Source of the DNA: Cyclobacteriaceae bacterium
GTDB lineage: Bacteria; Bacteroidota; Bacteroidia; Cytophagales; Cyclobacteriaceae
Assembly (NCBI GenBank): GCA_036788235.1
Contig: DAIQNU010000001.1
Location: 1 to 42,273, forward strand
Reading direction: 5' to 3'
DNA length: 42,273 bases
The notes under the pieces were generated by a model, which was given only the letters and a program-made list of their open reading frames with translations, was not told where the DNA came from and did not search any database. Positions 20,101 to 27,982 of the stretch are shown one piece after another. The number at the start of each line of letters is the position of its first letter. Within the stretch, counting starts at the first letter, position 1. A program made the translations under genes and the position numbers.

Positions 20101-20272
20101 TTTTTAAGAAATCGCGGCGTGAAGTACCTCCGTTAGAATTGGTACTACCTGGATTTCGATTTTCGTTTATGGGCAAATATTCGGAAAATTCCTTTTCACT
20201 ATGTTTTACAAAGTCCGGATCGTTCGTTAGTTCTTCCGTGCCTTTCCAATATTGCTTTTCAGTATTCTTCAT
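17117..20272 (-). CDS. actB: Alternative complex III subunit ActB (Tat-signal molybdopterin-oxidoreductase-like domain fused to a 4Fe-4S ferredoxin domain)
   Basis: 1051-aa ORF. Tat motif [11 protein letters not shown] followed by LAAC. C-terminal Cys clusters [39 protein letters not shown]...CASSCP. Confidence 0.92.
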   Translation of the reverse strand: MKNTEKQYWKGTEELTNDPDFVKHSEKEFSEYLPINENRNPGSTNSNGGTSRRDFLKMMGFSISAASLAACEAPIRKAIPYLHKPVDVDPGIPNFYASTYTNGGNYCSIVVKTREGRPIKIEGNKLSKVSGGATSAQVEASVLSLYDTARLRGPQKDGKDTEWNIIDQQIIEQLSSISASGGKIRIVSKSILSPTTRGVMANFALKFPGTEVVMYDPISSYAAVSAHKQNFGVEGLPTYHFDKAKTIVSFACDFLGTWINPIQHSADFGKTRKLGPGKKEMSRLYQFEATLSLTGANADYRTPLRPSAEGLAVAHLYNLIASKRGGSQVQTPKINDEAIAAKLSMAAEDLLKSSGSGIVVSGSNDVHVQMLINGINSLLGNYGQTIDLNKLSYFRQGNDEQMLALIDDLSSGSVDAVIFYNSNPVYDHPMGATLSEAIKKAKLSVSTSDVKDETASFCTIIAPDHHYLESWNDSMPVEGHYSLTQPVISPLFNTRQAQDSFLRWSSADIEYYEFLNTRWKNDLFTNQSEVTDFELFWDKCLHDGVYEETVASSEAASLALETGNIASAISSRYKLDNTGTELVIYQKIGLGDGSQANNPWLQELPDPISKACWDNYVTVSQKWANEQGLRMVESNTYKIELTIGGNTIALPALVQPGQADGTIGLALGYGRTMAGNVGNGVGVNAFPFLRNSGGYLLNFVVEGVSISATKQSYKIAQTQTHHTFMNRSYVIQESVLSEYQKDPMAGRHVPHIAASAALTKKLGGTGSSLKPSAISLWKGHEYANHHWAMAVDLNSCTGCGACVVSCQAENNIPVVGREEVLNRREMHWLRIDRYYSSVETASNNKELEIASDNPEVVFQPMLCQQCNNAPCETVCPVAATTHSSEGLNQMTYNRCIGTRYCANNCPYKVRRFNWFKYHDNNKFDTNSSMNNDLGKMVLNPDVTVRSRGVMEKCTFCVQRIQLGKLEAKKEGRRPDDSDITTACASSCPSEAIVFGDLKNENSRVAKLLRFEDKGDTQEVNEERAYHVLEEINVRPNIWYFTKIRNKEEQNA

Positions 20273-20313
20273 GCTAATTACAAGCAGTTGATTTGTCTTA
20301 AAACAGATTTATA

Positions 20314-21579
20314 TCAATAATGACACTTAGCGCATTCAAGTCCGCCATTATCAGCAACCCTCATGGGCCCTTTCCCTTTGGCATCATGGAGTTCTACCAG
20401 TCTATCGTAATACTCATTTCCTTTAGTATTTACTTCTGTCTGACGGTGGCAATCAATACACCAGCCCATGGTTAAGTTGCTATGTTGCCTTACAACTTCC
20501 ATTTCCTGAATAGGCCCGTGGCAAGTCTCACATTCTACGCCACCCACTGCAACGTGCTGCGCATGGTTAAAATATGAAAGATCAGGCAGGTTATGTACTC
20601 TTATCCATTCTATAGGCTGATCATTTTCAATAGCATCATATATTTTTTGAATTTCCGTCGATGGCTGATCACTGTCTCCAACTTTGACAATGGCACTGTG
20701 GCAGTTCATACAAATATTTGCTGAAGGAATACTGGCTGATTTACCTTTTAATACCCCCGTATGGCAATAATTACACTCTATTTCATATTGTCCAGCATGC
20801 AGCTTGTGTGAAAAAGCAATAGGCTGAGTAGGTGCATATCCTTCTTGTATTCCAATAGAAAATAATCCATCGATAACGGTCTTGAGAACAATGGCTGTAA
20901 ATAATAGACTCGCAAAAAAAACAAAACCCTTGCTTTGAACTAATTTACCAAAATCGAATCTTTGTTCAATTATTTCTTTATCCGTTTCATCAAGATCTGT
21001 TTTTTGCCGCATGTACTTAGTGAGCACCGCAATGAGCACTGCCAATACGATAAGTATAAGCAATAAAACTACCAACAAAGCGATGAGGATGATGGTAATA
21101 TAACCTGACGAAATGCCAGATGACGCATCTGTCTGAGCAGGCTGTCCATCTGCTGGTGCTGCGGCGGCAGTGGCTTCGGGCTCTTTACTTGATTCGTCTT
21201 TGATGTAAGCTAAAATAGAAAGTACTTCGTCATTGCTAAAATCAAAGGCGGGCATTTCCGTCTTGTTGTATTGGTTGTAAAGCTCAACAGCATAAGCGTC
21301 TCCACTTTGGATAACACGCTGTGAATTTTTAATGAATGCCTGGAGCCATTCAATGCTTCGTCTTTCATGCACACCTTTTAGGGCTGGCCCCACCAACTGG
21401 CGCTGAATGCCGTGGCAAACCGCGCAATTGTTATTGTAGAGTGTGCGCCCTTGGCTAATTATTTCCTCATCATCCGGGATGGCTGAACCATCTTGTGCAA
21501 ATGCAGAGAAACTCAGACTCAAAGCAAGAAAGGACAACGCTAATACAATCCCTTTCGTAAACTTTCTTGACATTAACAT
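20314..21579 (-). CDS. actA: Alternative complex III subunit ActA, hexaheme variant (N-terminal class-I cytochrome c domain + two TM helices + pentaheme domain)
   Basis: 421-aa ORF. Signal peptide, then CAVCH with downstream TEMPAF, A/P-rich linker, two TM helices, then CNYCH, CMNCH, CETCH, CIDCH, CAKCH. Confidence 0.9.
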   Translation of the reverse strand: MLMSRKFTKGIVLALSFLALSLSFSAFAQDGSAIPDDEEIISQGRTLYNNNCAVCHGIQRQLVGPALKGVHERRSIEWLQAFIKNSQRVIQSGDAYAVELYNQYNKTEMPAFDFSNDEVLSILAYIKDESSKEPEATAAAAPADGQPAQTDASSGISSGYITIILIALLVVLLLILIVLAVLIAVLTKYMRQKTDLDETDKEIIEQRFDFGKLVQSKGFVFFASLLFTAIVLKTVIDGLFSIGIQEGYAPTQPIAFSHKLHAGQYEIECNYCHTGVLKGKSASIPSANICMNCHSAIVKVGDSDQPSTEIQKIYDAIENDQPIEWIRVHNLPDLSYFNHAQHVAVGGVECETCHGPIQEMEVVRQHSNLTMGWCIDCHRQTEVNTKGNEYYDRLVELHDAKGKGPMRVADNGGLECAKCHY

Positions 21580-21933
21580 ATAATTATAATTCGAGCTATT
21601 ATTATTATCAATTTACCTTTACCAATTGGCGCTTTCAAAAGAATCCATTTGGCGGTACAACACTACGAAAATAAACTATTTTACGAACTAAATTTGAGGC
21701 CGTTAGTCGCTCAAAATGCTAATTTAGAGAGATTTTAAATAAGCATTATCCAGACCGTTAACCTACTCTATTAGTACATACAATCTACAAAATCAAGCGT
21801 ATTCGACAAGTCAATATCTAGTTATTGACCTTGTTTTAGAATTTCGAAGCGCAATATTAATGGATAGTTGTCATTCAAGGAAATTTTCTTCGGCACAGAA
21901 TGAAAAATATTCATAAAAATAGCCAAATCTTCC

Positions 21934-21941
21934 TACATTTG
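21934..21941 (+). promoter_or_regulatory. Candidate Bacteroidota -7 promoter box (TAnnTTTG) for acnA
   Basis: tacatttg is a perfect match to TAnnTTTG, about 135 nt upstream of the acnA ATG. I found no clear -33 TTG. Confidence 0.35.
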
Positions 21942-22076
21942 CAGCTAAAATAGTCATAAGGGATATTAAGGATTAATTCAATAATTAAATTTCAATCTGA
22001 TGGCTACACTAAAAATTACCAAGACTTGCAATTAACTTTTATCAATAGATTTTAAACAAACTAAACAATAAGATTC

Positions 22077-24347
22077 ATGGTATTTGATCTGGATATGATA
22101 AAGGCTGTGTATGCCCAAATGGGAAACAGAATAGAAACAGCCAGAAAAGTACTCAATAAGCCACTTACTTTAACTGAAAAGATACTTTATAGTCATTTGT
22201 ATGACGGTGTTCCTCGGGAGACATTTGAAAGAGGAGGCTCATATGTTGACTTTTTACCTGATAGAGTAGCCATGCAAGATGCTACCGCACAGATGGCTTT
22301 ATTGCAATTTATGATGGCAGGTCGTAAAAAAGCTGCTGTACCTAGCACCGTACATTGCGATCACCTGATACAGGCCAAAGATGGTGCAACTGTCGACCTC
22401 AAAAATGCCCTGAATACAAGCAAGGAAGTTTTTGATTTTTTAGCTTCAGTATCAAGTAAATATGGCATTGGGTTTTGGAAGCCAGGTGCAGGTATCATTC
22501 ATCAAGTTGTTTTGGAAAATTACGCTTTCCCCGGGGGATTGATGATCGGAACTGATTCACATACGGTAAATGCCGGTGGACTTGGTATGGTAGCAATCGG
22601 TGTCGGTGGAGCAGATGCTGTAGATGTGATGGCAGGCATGGCATGGGAATTAAAATTTCCAAAGCTGATTGGCGTAAAACTAACCGGTAAACTAAGTGGA
22701 TGGGCTTCTGCAAAAGACGTGATATTGAAAGTAGCCGGTATACTTACTGTAAAAGGCGGGACAGGCTATATCCTTGAATATTTTGGTGAAGGCGCAGAAA
22801 GTCTTTCATGTACTGGTAAAGGCACTATTTGTAATATGGGTGCGGAAATCGGCGCCACTACTTCTACCTTCGGCTATGATGAAAAAATGGCTGAATACTT
22901 ACGTATTACAGAGCGCTCAGAAGTCGCTGACCTTGCCAATGGCATCAAACATCACCTGACTGGTGATGAAGAAGTTTACAACAATCCAGATAAATATTTC
23001 GATCAGGTAATAGAGATTAACCTTTCAGAATTGGAGCCACATATCAATGGCCCATTTACTCCGGATCGTGCTACACCACTTTCTCAGTTTGCGGAGGAAG
23101 TTCGTAAAAATGACTGGCCTGAAAAACTTGAAGTTGGATTGATTGGATCATGTACCAATTCGTCTTACGAAGATATTTCAAGGGCAGCATCAATAGCTAG
23201 ACAAGCCGTGTCTAAAAAATTGACTGCCAAAGCAGAATTCACCATTACCCCAGGCTCAGAATTGGTAAGATACACCACAGATAAAGATGGCTTACTTGCT
23301 GACTTTGATAAAATCGGCGGAGTGGTTTTGGCCAACGCTTGTGGTCCCTGCATCGGACAATGGGCAAGACATACAGATGACCCTAAGCGCAAAAACTCTA
23401 TCATCACTTCATTCAACAGAAATTTTGCCAAAAGAAATGATGGCAATCCTAATACCCATGCTTTTGTAGCATCACCAGAAATAGTAACTGCTTTTGCCAT
23501 CGCCGGAGATCTTACTTTTAATCCTATTACGGATACTTTGGTTAATGAAGATGGTCATGCCATTAAACTGGATGAACCACAAGGAGTGGAATTGCCTCCC
23601 CATGGCTTTTCAGTAGAAGATAGCGGGTATCAATCTCCGGCAGCTGATGGTAGCACCATCGATGTGGTTGTTAAAGATGATTCCGATCGTTTGCAATTGC
23701 TTACTCCTTTTGAACCTTGGAACGGAGAAAATCTTACCGGTCTTAGATTACTCATAAAAGCAAAAGGCAAGTGCACTACAGACCATATTTCGATGGCAGG
23801 ACCTTGGTTGAAATACAGAGGTCACCTCGACAATATTTCGAATAACCTGCTTACCGGTGCCGTAAATTATTTTAATGAAGCAACAGATAAAGTTAAAAAT
23901 GTTTTGACGGGTGCCTATGGTGGTGTACCTGAGGTACAGCGCGATTATAAGGCCAAAGGTATAGCCAGTATAGTTGTTGGTGATCATAATTATGGTGAAG
24001 GCAGCTCTCGTGAGCACGCTGCGATGCAGCCAAGACACCTGGGTGTAAAAGTGGTACTTGTAAAATCATTTGCACGTATACACGAGACCAACCTTAAAAA
24101 GCAGGGAATGTTAGCCCTTACTTTTGCCGATGAAGCAGATTATGATAAAATTCAAGAGGAAGATGTTATCGACATCATTGATCTAAAAGATTTTGCGACG
24201 GGTAAGCCCATTACCTTGGTTTGCAAACATATTGATGGTAGTCAAGATACTATTTCTACGCTGCATACTTACAATGAAAACCAGATAAAATGGTTTAAAG
24301 CCGGGTCTGCCTTGAACCTCATCAGGCAATTGCAAGCTGAAAAATAA
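22077..24347 (+). CDS. acnA: Aconitate hydratase (mitochondrial-type, ~750 aa)
   Basis: 756-aa ORF with aconitase motifs ([24 protein letters not shown]) and a C-terminal swivel domain. Confidence 0.96.
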   Translation: MVFDLDMIKAVYAQMGNRIETARKVLNKPLTLTEKILYSHLYDGVPRETFERGGSYVDFLPDRVAMQDATAQMALLQFMMAGRKKAAVPSTVHCDHLIQAKDGATVDLKNALNTSKEVFDFLASVSSKYGIGFWKPGAGIIHQVVLENYAFPGGLMIGTDSHTVNAGGLGMVAIGVGGADAVDVMAGMAWELKFPKLIGVKLTGKLSGWASAKDVILKVAGILTVKGGTGYILEYFGEGAESLSCTGKGTICNMGAEIGATTSTFGYDEKMAEYLRITERSEVADLANGIKHHLTGDEEVYNNPDKYFDQVIEINLSELEPHINGPFTPDRATPLSQFAEEVRKNDWPEKLEVGLIGSCTNSSYEDISRAASIARQAVSKKLTAKAEFTITPGSELVRYTTDKDGLLADFDKIGGVVLANACGPCIGQWARHTDDPKRKNSIITSFNRNFAKRNDGNPNTHAFVASPEIVTAFAIAGDLTFNPITDTLVNEDGHAIKLDEPQGVELPPHGFSVEDSGYQSPAADGSTIDVVVKDDSDRLQLLTPFEPWNGENLTGLRLLIKAKGKCTTDHISMAGPWLKYRGHLDNISNNLLTGAVNYFNEATDKVKNVLTGAYGGVPEVQRDYKAKGIASIVVGDHNYGEGSSREHAAMQPRHLGVKVVLVKSFARIHETNLKKQGMLALTFADEADYDKIQEEDVIDIIDLKDFATGKPITLVCKHIDGSQDTISTLHTYNENQIKWFKAGSALNLIRQLQAEK

Positions 24348-24378
24348 TTTCGCATTTATTCCAACTCAAAATAGAAAA

Positions 24379-24412
24379 GTGCCGGATCAATAAATTCCGG
24401 CGCTTTTTTTTT
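24379..24412 (+). terminator. Rho-independent terminator of acnA
   Basis: 8-bp stem gtgccgga/tccggcgc (one G-U pair), 9-nt loop, followed by a run of nine T. Confidence 0.8.
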
Positions 24413-24475
24413 ATTCGATGCAGTAGTTGCATTGGATCAGGATAGGAAAGTACTATATATCATTTTTAAGAAAGA

Positions 24476-24685
24476 ATGAAAATTGAAAGAGTAATGGACA
24501 TACTAGACAGTATCGAAAAAGTACCGGATGATCTCTTTCCTTTTCCTGATCTAAAACCGCACCCATTAAAAGGAAATAGAAATGGTGACTGGTCTTTGGC
24601 AATTTCGGGAAATTGGCGCCTAACCTTCAATTTCGACAATGAAACTGCCTCTGCGTTTGATATAGATTTAGAAGATTATCATTAA
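24476..24685 (+). CDS. higB: HigB-type (plasmid maintenance killer, RelE/ParE superfamily) toxin, N-terminally truncated
   Basis: 69-aa ORF ending in the family-typical LKGNRNGDWSLAISGNWRLTFNF...DLEDYH. Full-length members are ~90 aa as I recall. In-frame stops at 24467-24469 and further upstream exclude a longer N-terminus. Confidence 0.7.
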   Translation: MKIERVMDILDSIEKVPDDLFPFPDLKPHPLKGNRNGDWSLAISGNWRLTFNFDNETASAFDIDLEDYH

Positions 24686-24697
24686 AATTGAGCTGAA

Positions 24698-24997
24698 ATG
24701 GAAAGACACATAAATACCTACATTCACCCGGGAAGAATCTTTTTCGAAGAAATAGTTAAACCAAATAAATTGAAAATTGGAGAGGTCGCAAATCTTTTGC
24801 AGGTATCCCGATTAACAATTCCGAAAATAGTGAATGAAAAAAGTGGTATCACTTCAAACATTGCACTTCGAATCCAAACTGTTTTTGGAGGGCGCGCCGA
24901 TATGTGGATTAGAATGCAAAATAAATATGATATGGCATTAGCCATAAAAGAATTTAATCTCAAAAACATAGATCTGAAAAGGTTTGAAAAGGTCTAA
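24698..24997 (+). CDS. higA: HigA-family antitoxin (XRE-type HTH)
   Basis: 99-aa ORF. N-terminal HPGRIFFEEIV, HTH IGEVANLLQVSRLTIPKIVNEKSGIT, then ALRIQTVFGG...WIRMQNKYD. Starts 12 nt after the higB stop. Confidence 0.85.
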   Translation: MERHINTYIHPGRIFFEEIVKPNKLKIGEVANLLQVSRLTIPKIVNEKSGITSNIALRIQTVFGGRADMWIRMQNKYDMALAIKEFNLKNIDLKRFEKV

Positions 24998-25236
24998 TTC
25001 TCTAGCCTACATGGCCGCTGCGTAATCAATTCTACAAATACCGTTCATCATATACCTCATTGTGCTGAGGTGAATCTTTAGAGACTATTGAGGTAACCAG
25101 TAAAATTCCAAACCTGCCTGCAGATTTATTAACATCCAGGCTATTTTTTTAGTTATAGTTGTAAATGAGAATATAGCGAGATTTATGAAATTCAACATTT
25201 AAACTTTTCAATGAATATTTTTTAAAATCTATCCCT

Positions 25237-26406
25237 ATGCGCATACTACTTTTTACGGGTAAAGGAGGTGTCGGAAAGACTACCATAGCTGCCGCCACTG
25301 CCATGAAAGCCGCCTCAGAAGGATATAAAACGCTGGTGATATCAACCGATCCTGCACATAGCCTGTCTGATGCTTTTGATAAAATACTTGGCCCCGAACC
25401 GCTTGAAGTAGCAGATAACCTATATGCTCAAGAACTCGATGTGTATTATTCCATGAAAAAATACTGGGGCAATATGCGACAACTGATGATCTCGGTATTT
25501 AAGTGGCGCGGTATCGAAAATGTACTTGCTGAAGAAATGTCTGCCCTGCCGGGAATGGAAGAAGCTTCGGCATTTCTATGGATTGAAAAGTATTACAATG
25601 AGAAAGCTTATGACCTTATTGTTATTGACAGCGCACCCACCGGAGAAACACTCACACTACTTACCTTGCCTCAAGTAACCAAGTGGTGGGTCACCAAAGC
25701 ACTTCCATTTCAAAAATTTGCTATTAAAAATGTTGGTAAAATAGCCCGCATGGCTACCGGAGTACCGGTGGATTATGGTTATGAAGAGCTAGAAAATATT
25801 TTTGAAAAACTGGAGAAAATACAAAAAATATTCAGCAATCCTGATATATGCTCCATACGCATTGTGGCCAATCCAGAACGCATGGTTATCAATGAATCGA
25901 AAAGAGCTTATACTTACTTAAGCCTGTATGGATATAGTGTAGATGGCCTGATCGTGAACAGGATATGGGAAAACAACGAAAGCAAAAATGTATCTGATTC
26001 TTTTCTTATAAAACAAGCCGAACACTTGCATGAATTAAAAGAGATATTCTCCGGCTTGCCTTATTATGAAGTTCCGCATATGGGTGAGGAGGTATATGGC
26101 GAAGCCATGCTCAGAAAACTCGGTGATGCACTATACAAAGAGGAAGATCCTGCCAGAATAATAGCAGTAGAAAAGCCATTTGAAATAAATAAAAAAGGAA
26201 ATGCCTACGAAATGCGACTACGTTTGCCTTTCATTGAAGATGGTGATTTCACCCTGAATAAATATGGAGATGAACTGGTAATACAAATTGGCAACCAGCG
26301 CAAAAACATATTTTTACCGCGTTTTGTGCATTTTTATGATTTAAATGGATATAAACTTGAGGCTCCATGGCTGATCATTGATTTAAAACCTGGCAAAGAG
26401 AAATAG
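25237..26406 (+). CDS. ArsA/Get3(TRC40)-family ATPase, single ATPase domain with a C-terminal HSP20-like domain
   Basis: 389-aa ORF. Deviant Walker A GKGGVGKTT, DPAHSLSDAF, switch II DSAPTGETL. The C-terminal YEMRLRLPFIEDGDFTLNKYGDELVIQIGNQRKNIFLPRF block matches the ArsA_HSP20 pattern I recall. Confidence 0.88.
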   Translation: MRILLFTGKGGVGKTTIAAATAMKAASEGYKTLVISTDPAHSLSDAFDKILGPEPLEVADNLYAQELDVYYSMKKYWGNMRQLMISVFKWRGIENVLAEEMSALPGMEEASAFLWIEKYYNEKAYDLIVIDSAPTGETLTLLTLPQVTKWWVTKALPFQKFAIKNVGKIARMATGVPVDYGYEELENIFEKLEKIQKIFSNPDICSIRIVANPERMVINESKRAYTYLSLYGYSVDGLIVNRIWENNESKNVSDSFLIKQAEHLHELKEIFSGLPYYEVPHMGEEVYGEAMLRKLGDALYKEEDPARIIAVEKPFEINKKGNAYEMRLRLPFIEDGDFTLNKYGDELVIQIGNQRKNIFLPRFVHFYDLNGYKLEAPWLIIDLKPGKEK

Positions 26407-26675
26407 TCTTATTAAACTTGAGGTCTAAAATACTTTCTCCACTTTCATTCCTCTTTTGTAAAAACTCTGAGAACCATGCTTTCATTGCCCTGCCATAAAA
26501 ATTTTGGTAGAGTGTTTTGTATTGTATTGTAAATAGATTGAAAAGCATTTTTTCGCTGATCATTGATCGACATGTACTACAATTTCTGAGTTTCTCAGAA
26601 AAATGAGAGCAGGCATATATCGCTAAAAATGCTTTACTTTGGACAATTAATAGACAATAACAGACCTGAATATTC

Positions 26676-27917
26676 ATGGAGCAGCCCGAAGTACTATTGG
26701 AGGAAGTGGAGCAGTATGTTTCTGAACTTTTGCGAAAATTACCCGATACCATGCTGTATCACAATCTGGTGCATACCCGCGATGTAGCTAAAGCAGTGAA
26801 AAAGATCGGCAGCTACGCCAACCTTTCTGATATGGAAATGACCATTGCTTCTTTAGCCGCATGGTTTCATGATACAGGTTATTTATTTGCTTACAAAGGT
26901 CATGAAGAATATAGCAAAAACGAAGCGCAAAGTTTTTTAAAAAATAAAGGTGTAGATGACGCTATCATTCAGCAGGTGCTTGAAACCATCGATAAAACAA
27001 AACCCGGAAGCATACCCGAAAACACCCTTGAAAAAGTAATCCACGACGCCGACTATATTCATATTTCGAAAGGTTCGTATTTCGACAGGCTTATTTTGCT
27101 GCGAAAAGAAAAAGAAACACATCTGGGCATTCGCCAAAATGATGCTGAATGGTATGAGAGCAATCTTGAGTTTTTGAAAAATGTAAAATATTATTCAGTG
27201 TATGGTCAAACAGTATTGACAGAAAAGCTCGACGAGACCATTATACAACAAGAAAAAATAATAAGAAAACTGCATAAGAACCTTGATTTTGCCATAGAAA
27301 AGGATCTTAAAATAGATCCTGACAAGCTTAAAGAAATGAAGAAAAAGCTGTCGAATGTTGAGGGTCGTCCTGATAGAGGGATTGAAACCATGTTCAGGCT
27401 CACCTCCAGAAATCACCTGGCACTTAGCTCTATGGCCGACAACAAAGCCAATATTTTAATTACCGTCAATTCTATCATCATTTCAGTGCTCATAGGATCG
27501 CTTATGGCACGCATTGACTATGATAGACAATTGCTTTTACCTTCATCCATACTTTTGGCGGTCAATCTTATTACCATTGTCTTTGCCATATTAGCTACCC
27601 GGCCCAATGTCTCCAAAGGTGTTTTTACCCGTCAAGAAATCAAAAACAAAAAAGTGAATCTGCTATTCTTTGGCAATTTTTATCAAATGAGCCGCGACGA
27701 TTATCAATGGGGCATGAAGCAAATGATGACCAATGGAGAGTATCTTTATTCATCACTTATAGATGATATATACTATCTAGGTAAGGTGCTGGGTAAAAAA
27801 TACCAATATTTGCGCATAGCCTATACCATATTTATGATAGGTATAATAATCTCAGTGCTTGTATTTGCCATCTCAAACATCAAGATGTTTCAGCCAATGA
27901 TGAAAATGAATGGCTGA
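26676..27917 (+). CDS. HD-domain phosphohydrolase fused to a C-terminal three-helix PycTM/DUF5706-like membrane module
   Basis: 413-aa ORF. HD ligands in YHNLVHTRDV, AAWFHDTGY, VIHDADYIH; K/E-rich linker. Then GIETMFRLTSRNHLALSSMADNKANILITVNSIIISVLIG, a second helix, KVNLLFFGNFYQM, and a terminal helix IAYTIFMIGIIISVLVFAI. The C-terminal family assignment is from memory and has not been checked by HMM search. Confidence 0.8.
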   Translation: MEQPEVLLEEVEQYVSELLRKLPDTMLYHNLVHTRDVAKAVKKIGSYANLSDMEMTIASLAAWFHDTGYLFAYKGHEEYSKNEAQSFLKNKGVDDAIIQQVLETIDKTKPGSIPENTLEKVIHDADYIHISKGSYFDRLILLRKEKETHLGIRQNDAEWYESNLEFLKNVKYYSVYGQTVLTEKLDETIIQQEKIIRKLHKNLDFAIEKDLKIDPDKLKEMKKKLSNVEGRPDRGIETMFRLTSRNHLALSSMADNKANILITVNSIIISVLIGSLMARIDYDRQLLLPSSILLAVNLITIVFAILATRPNVSKGVFTRQEIKNKKVNLLFFGNFYQMSRDDYQWGMKQMMTNGEYLYSSLIDDIYYLGKVLGKKYQYLRIAYTIFMIGIIISVLVFAISNIKMFQPMMKMNG

Positions 27918-27944
27918 ATAGGCAGAAGGTAGAAATGTTTTTTT

Positions 27945-27952
27945 TACTTTTG
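27945..27952 (+). promoter_or_regulatory. Candidate Bacteroidota -7 promoter box (TAnnTTTG) for purL
   Basis: tacttttg is a perfect match, ~31 nt upstream of the purL ATG and preceded by a T-run. Confidence 0.4.
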
Positions 27953-27982
27953 CCACATCTATATTTCAGGTAAAATACTAGC

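Noticed and set aside
24414-24478. Short out-of-frame translation FDAVVALDQDRKVLYIIFKKE upstream of higB, faintly like the C-terminal beta-strands of a RelE/ParE toxin
   Set aside because: It is about twenty residues long, has no start codon, overlaps the acnA terminator T-run, and the resemblance is too weak to support.
25237-26406. Interpreting the ArsA-family gene as an arsenite-efflux ATPase
   Set aside because: It has a single ATPase domain instead of the duplicated ArsA architecture. I saw no metalloid-binding Cys triad pattern, no ars partners are in the window, and it carries an HSP20-like tail. It fits the Get3-like subgroup better.
26375-26752. 125-aa minus-strand ORF spanning the ArsA-like / HD gene spacer (or a 62-aa version starting MISEKML at ~26563)
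   Set aside because: The long form overlaps both well-supported flanking genes. It has no recognisable domain, is Cys/Ser-rich at the N-terminus and has no promoter-like box. A short real peptide cannot be excluded but is unsupported.
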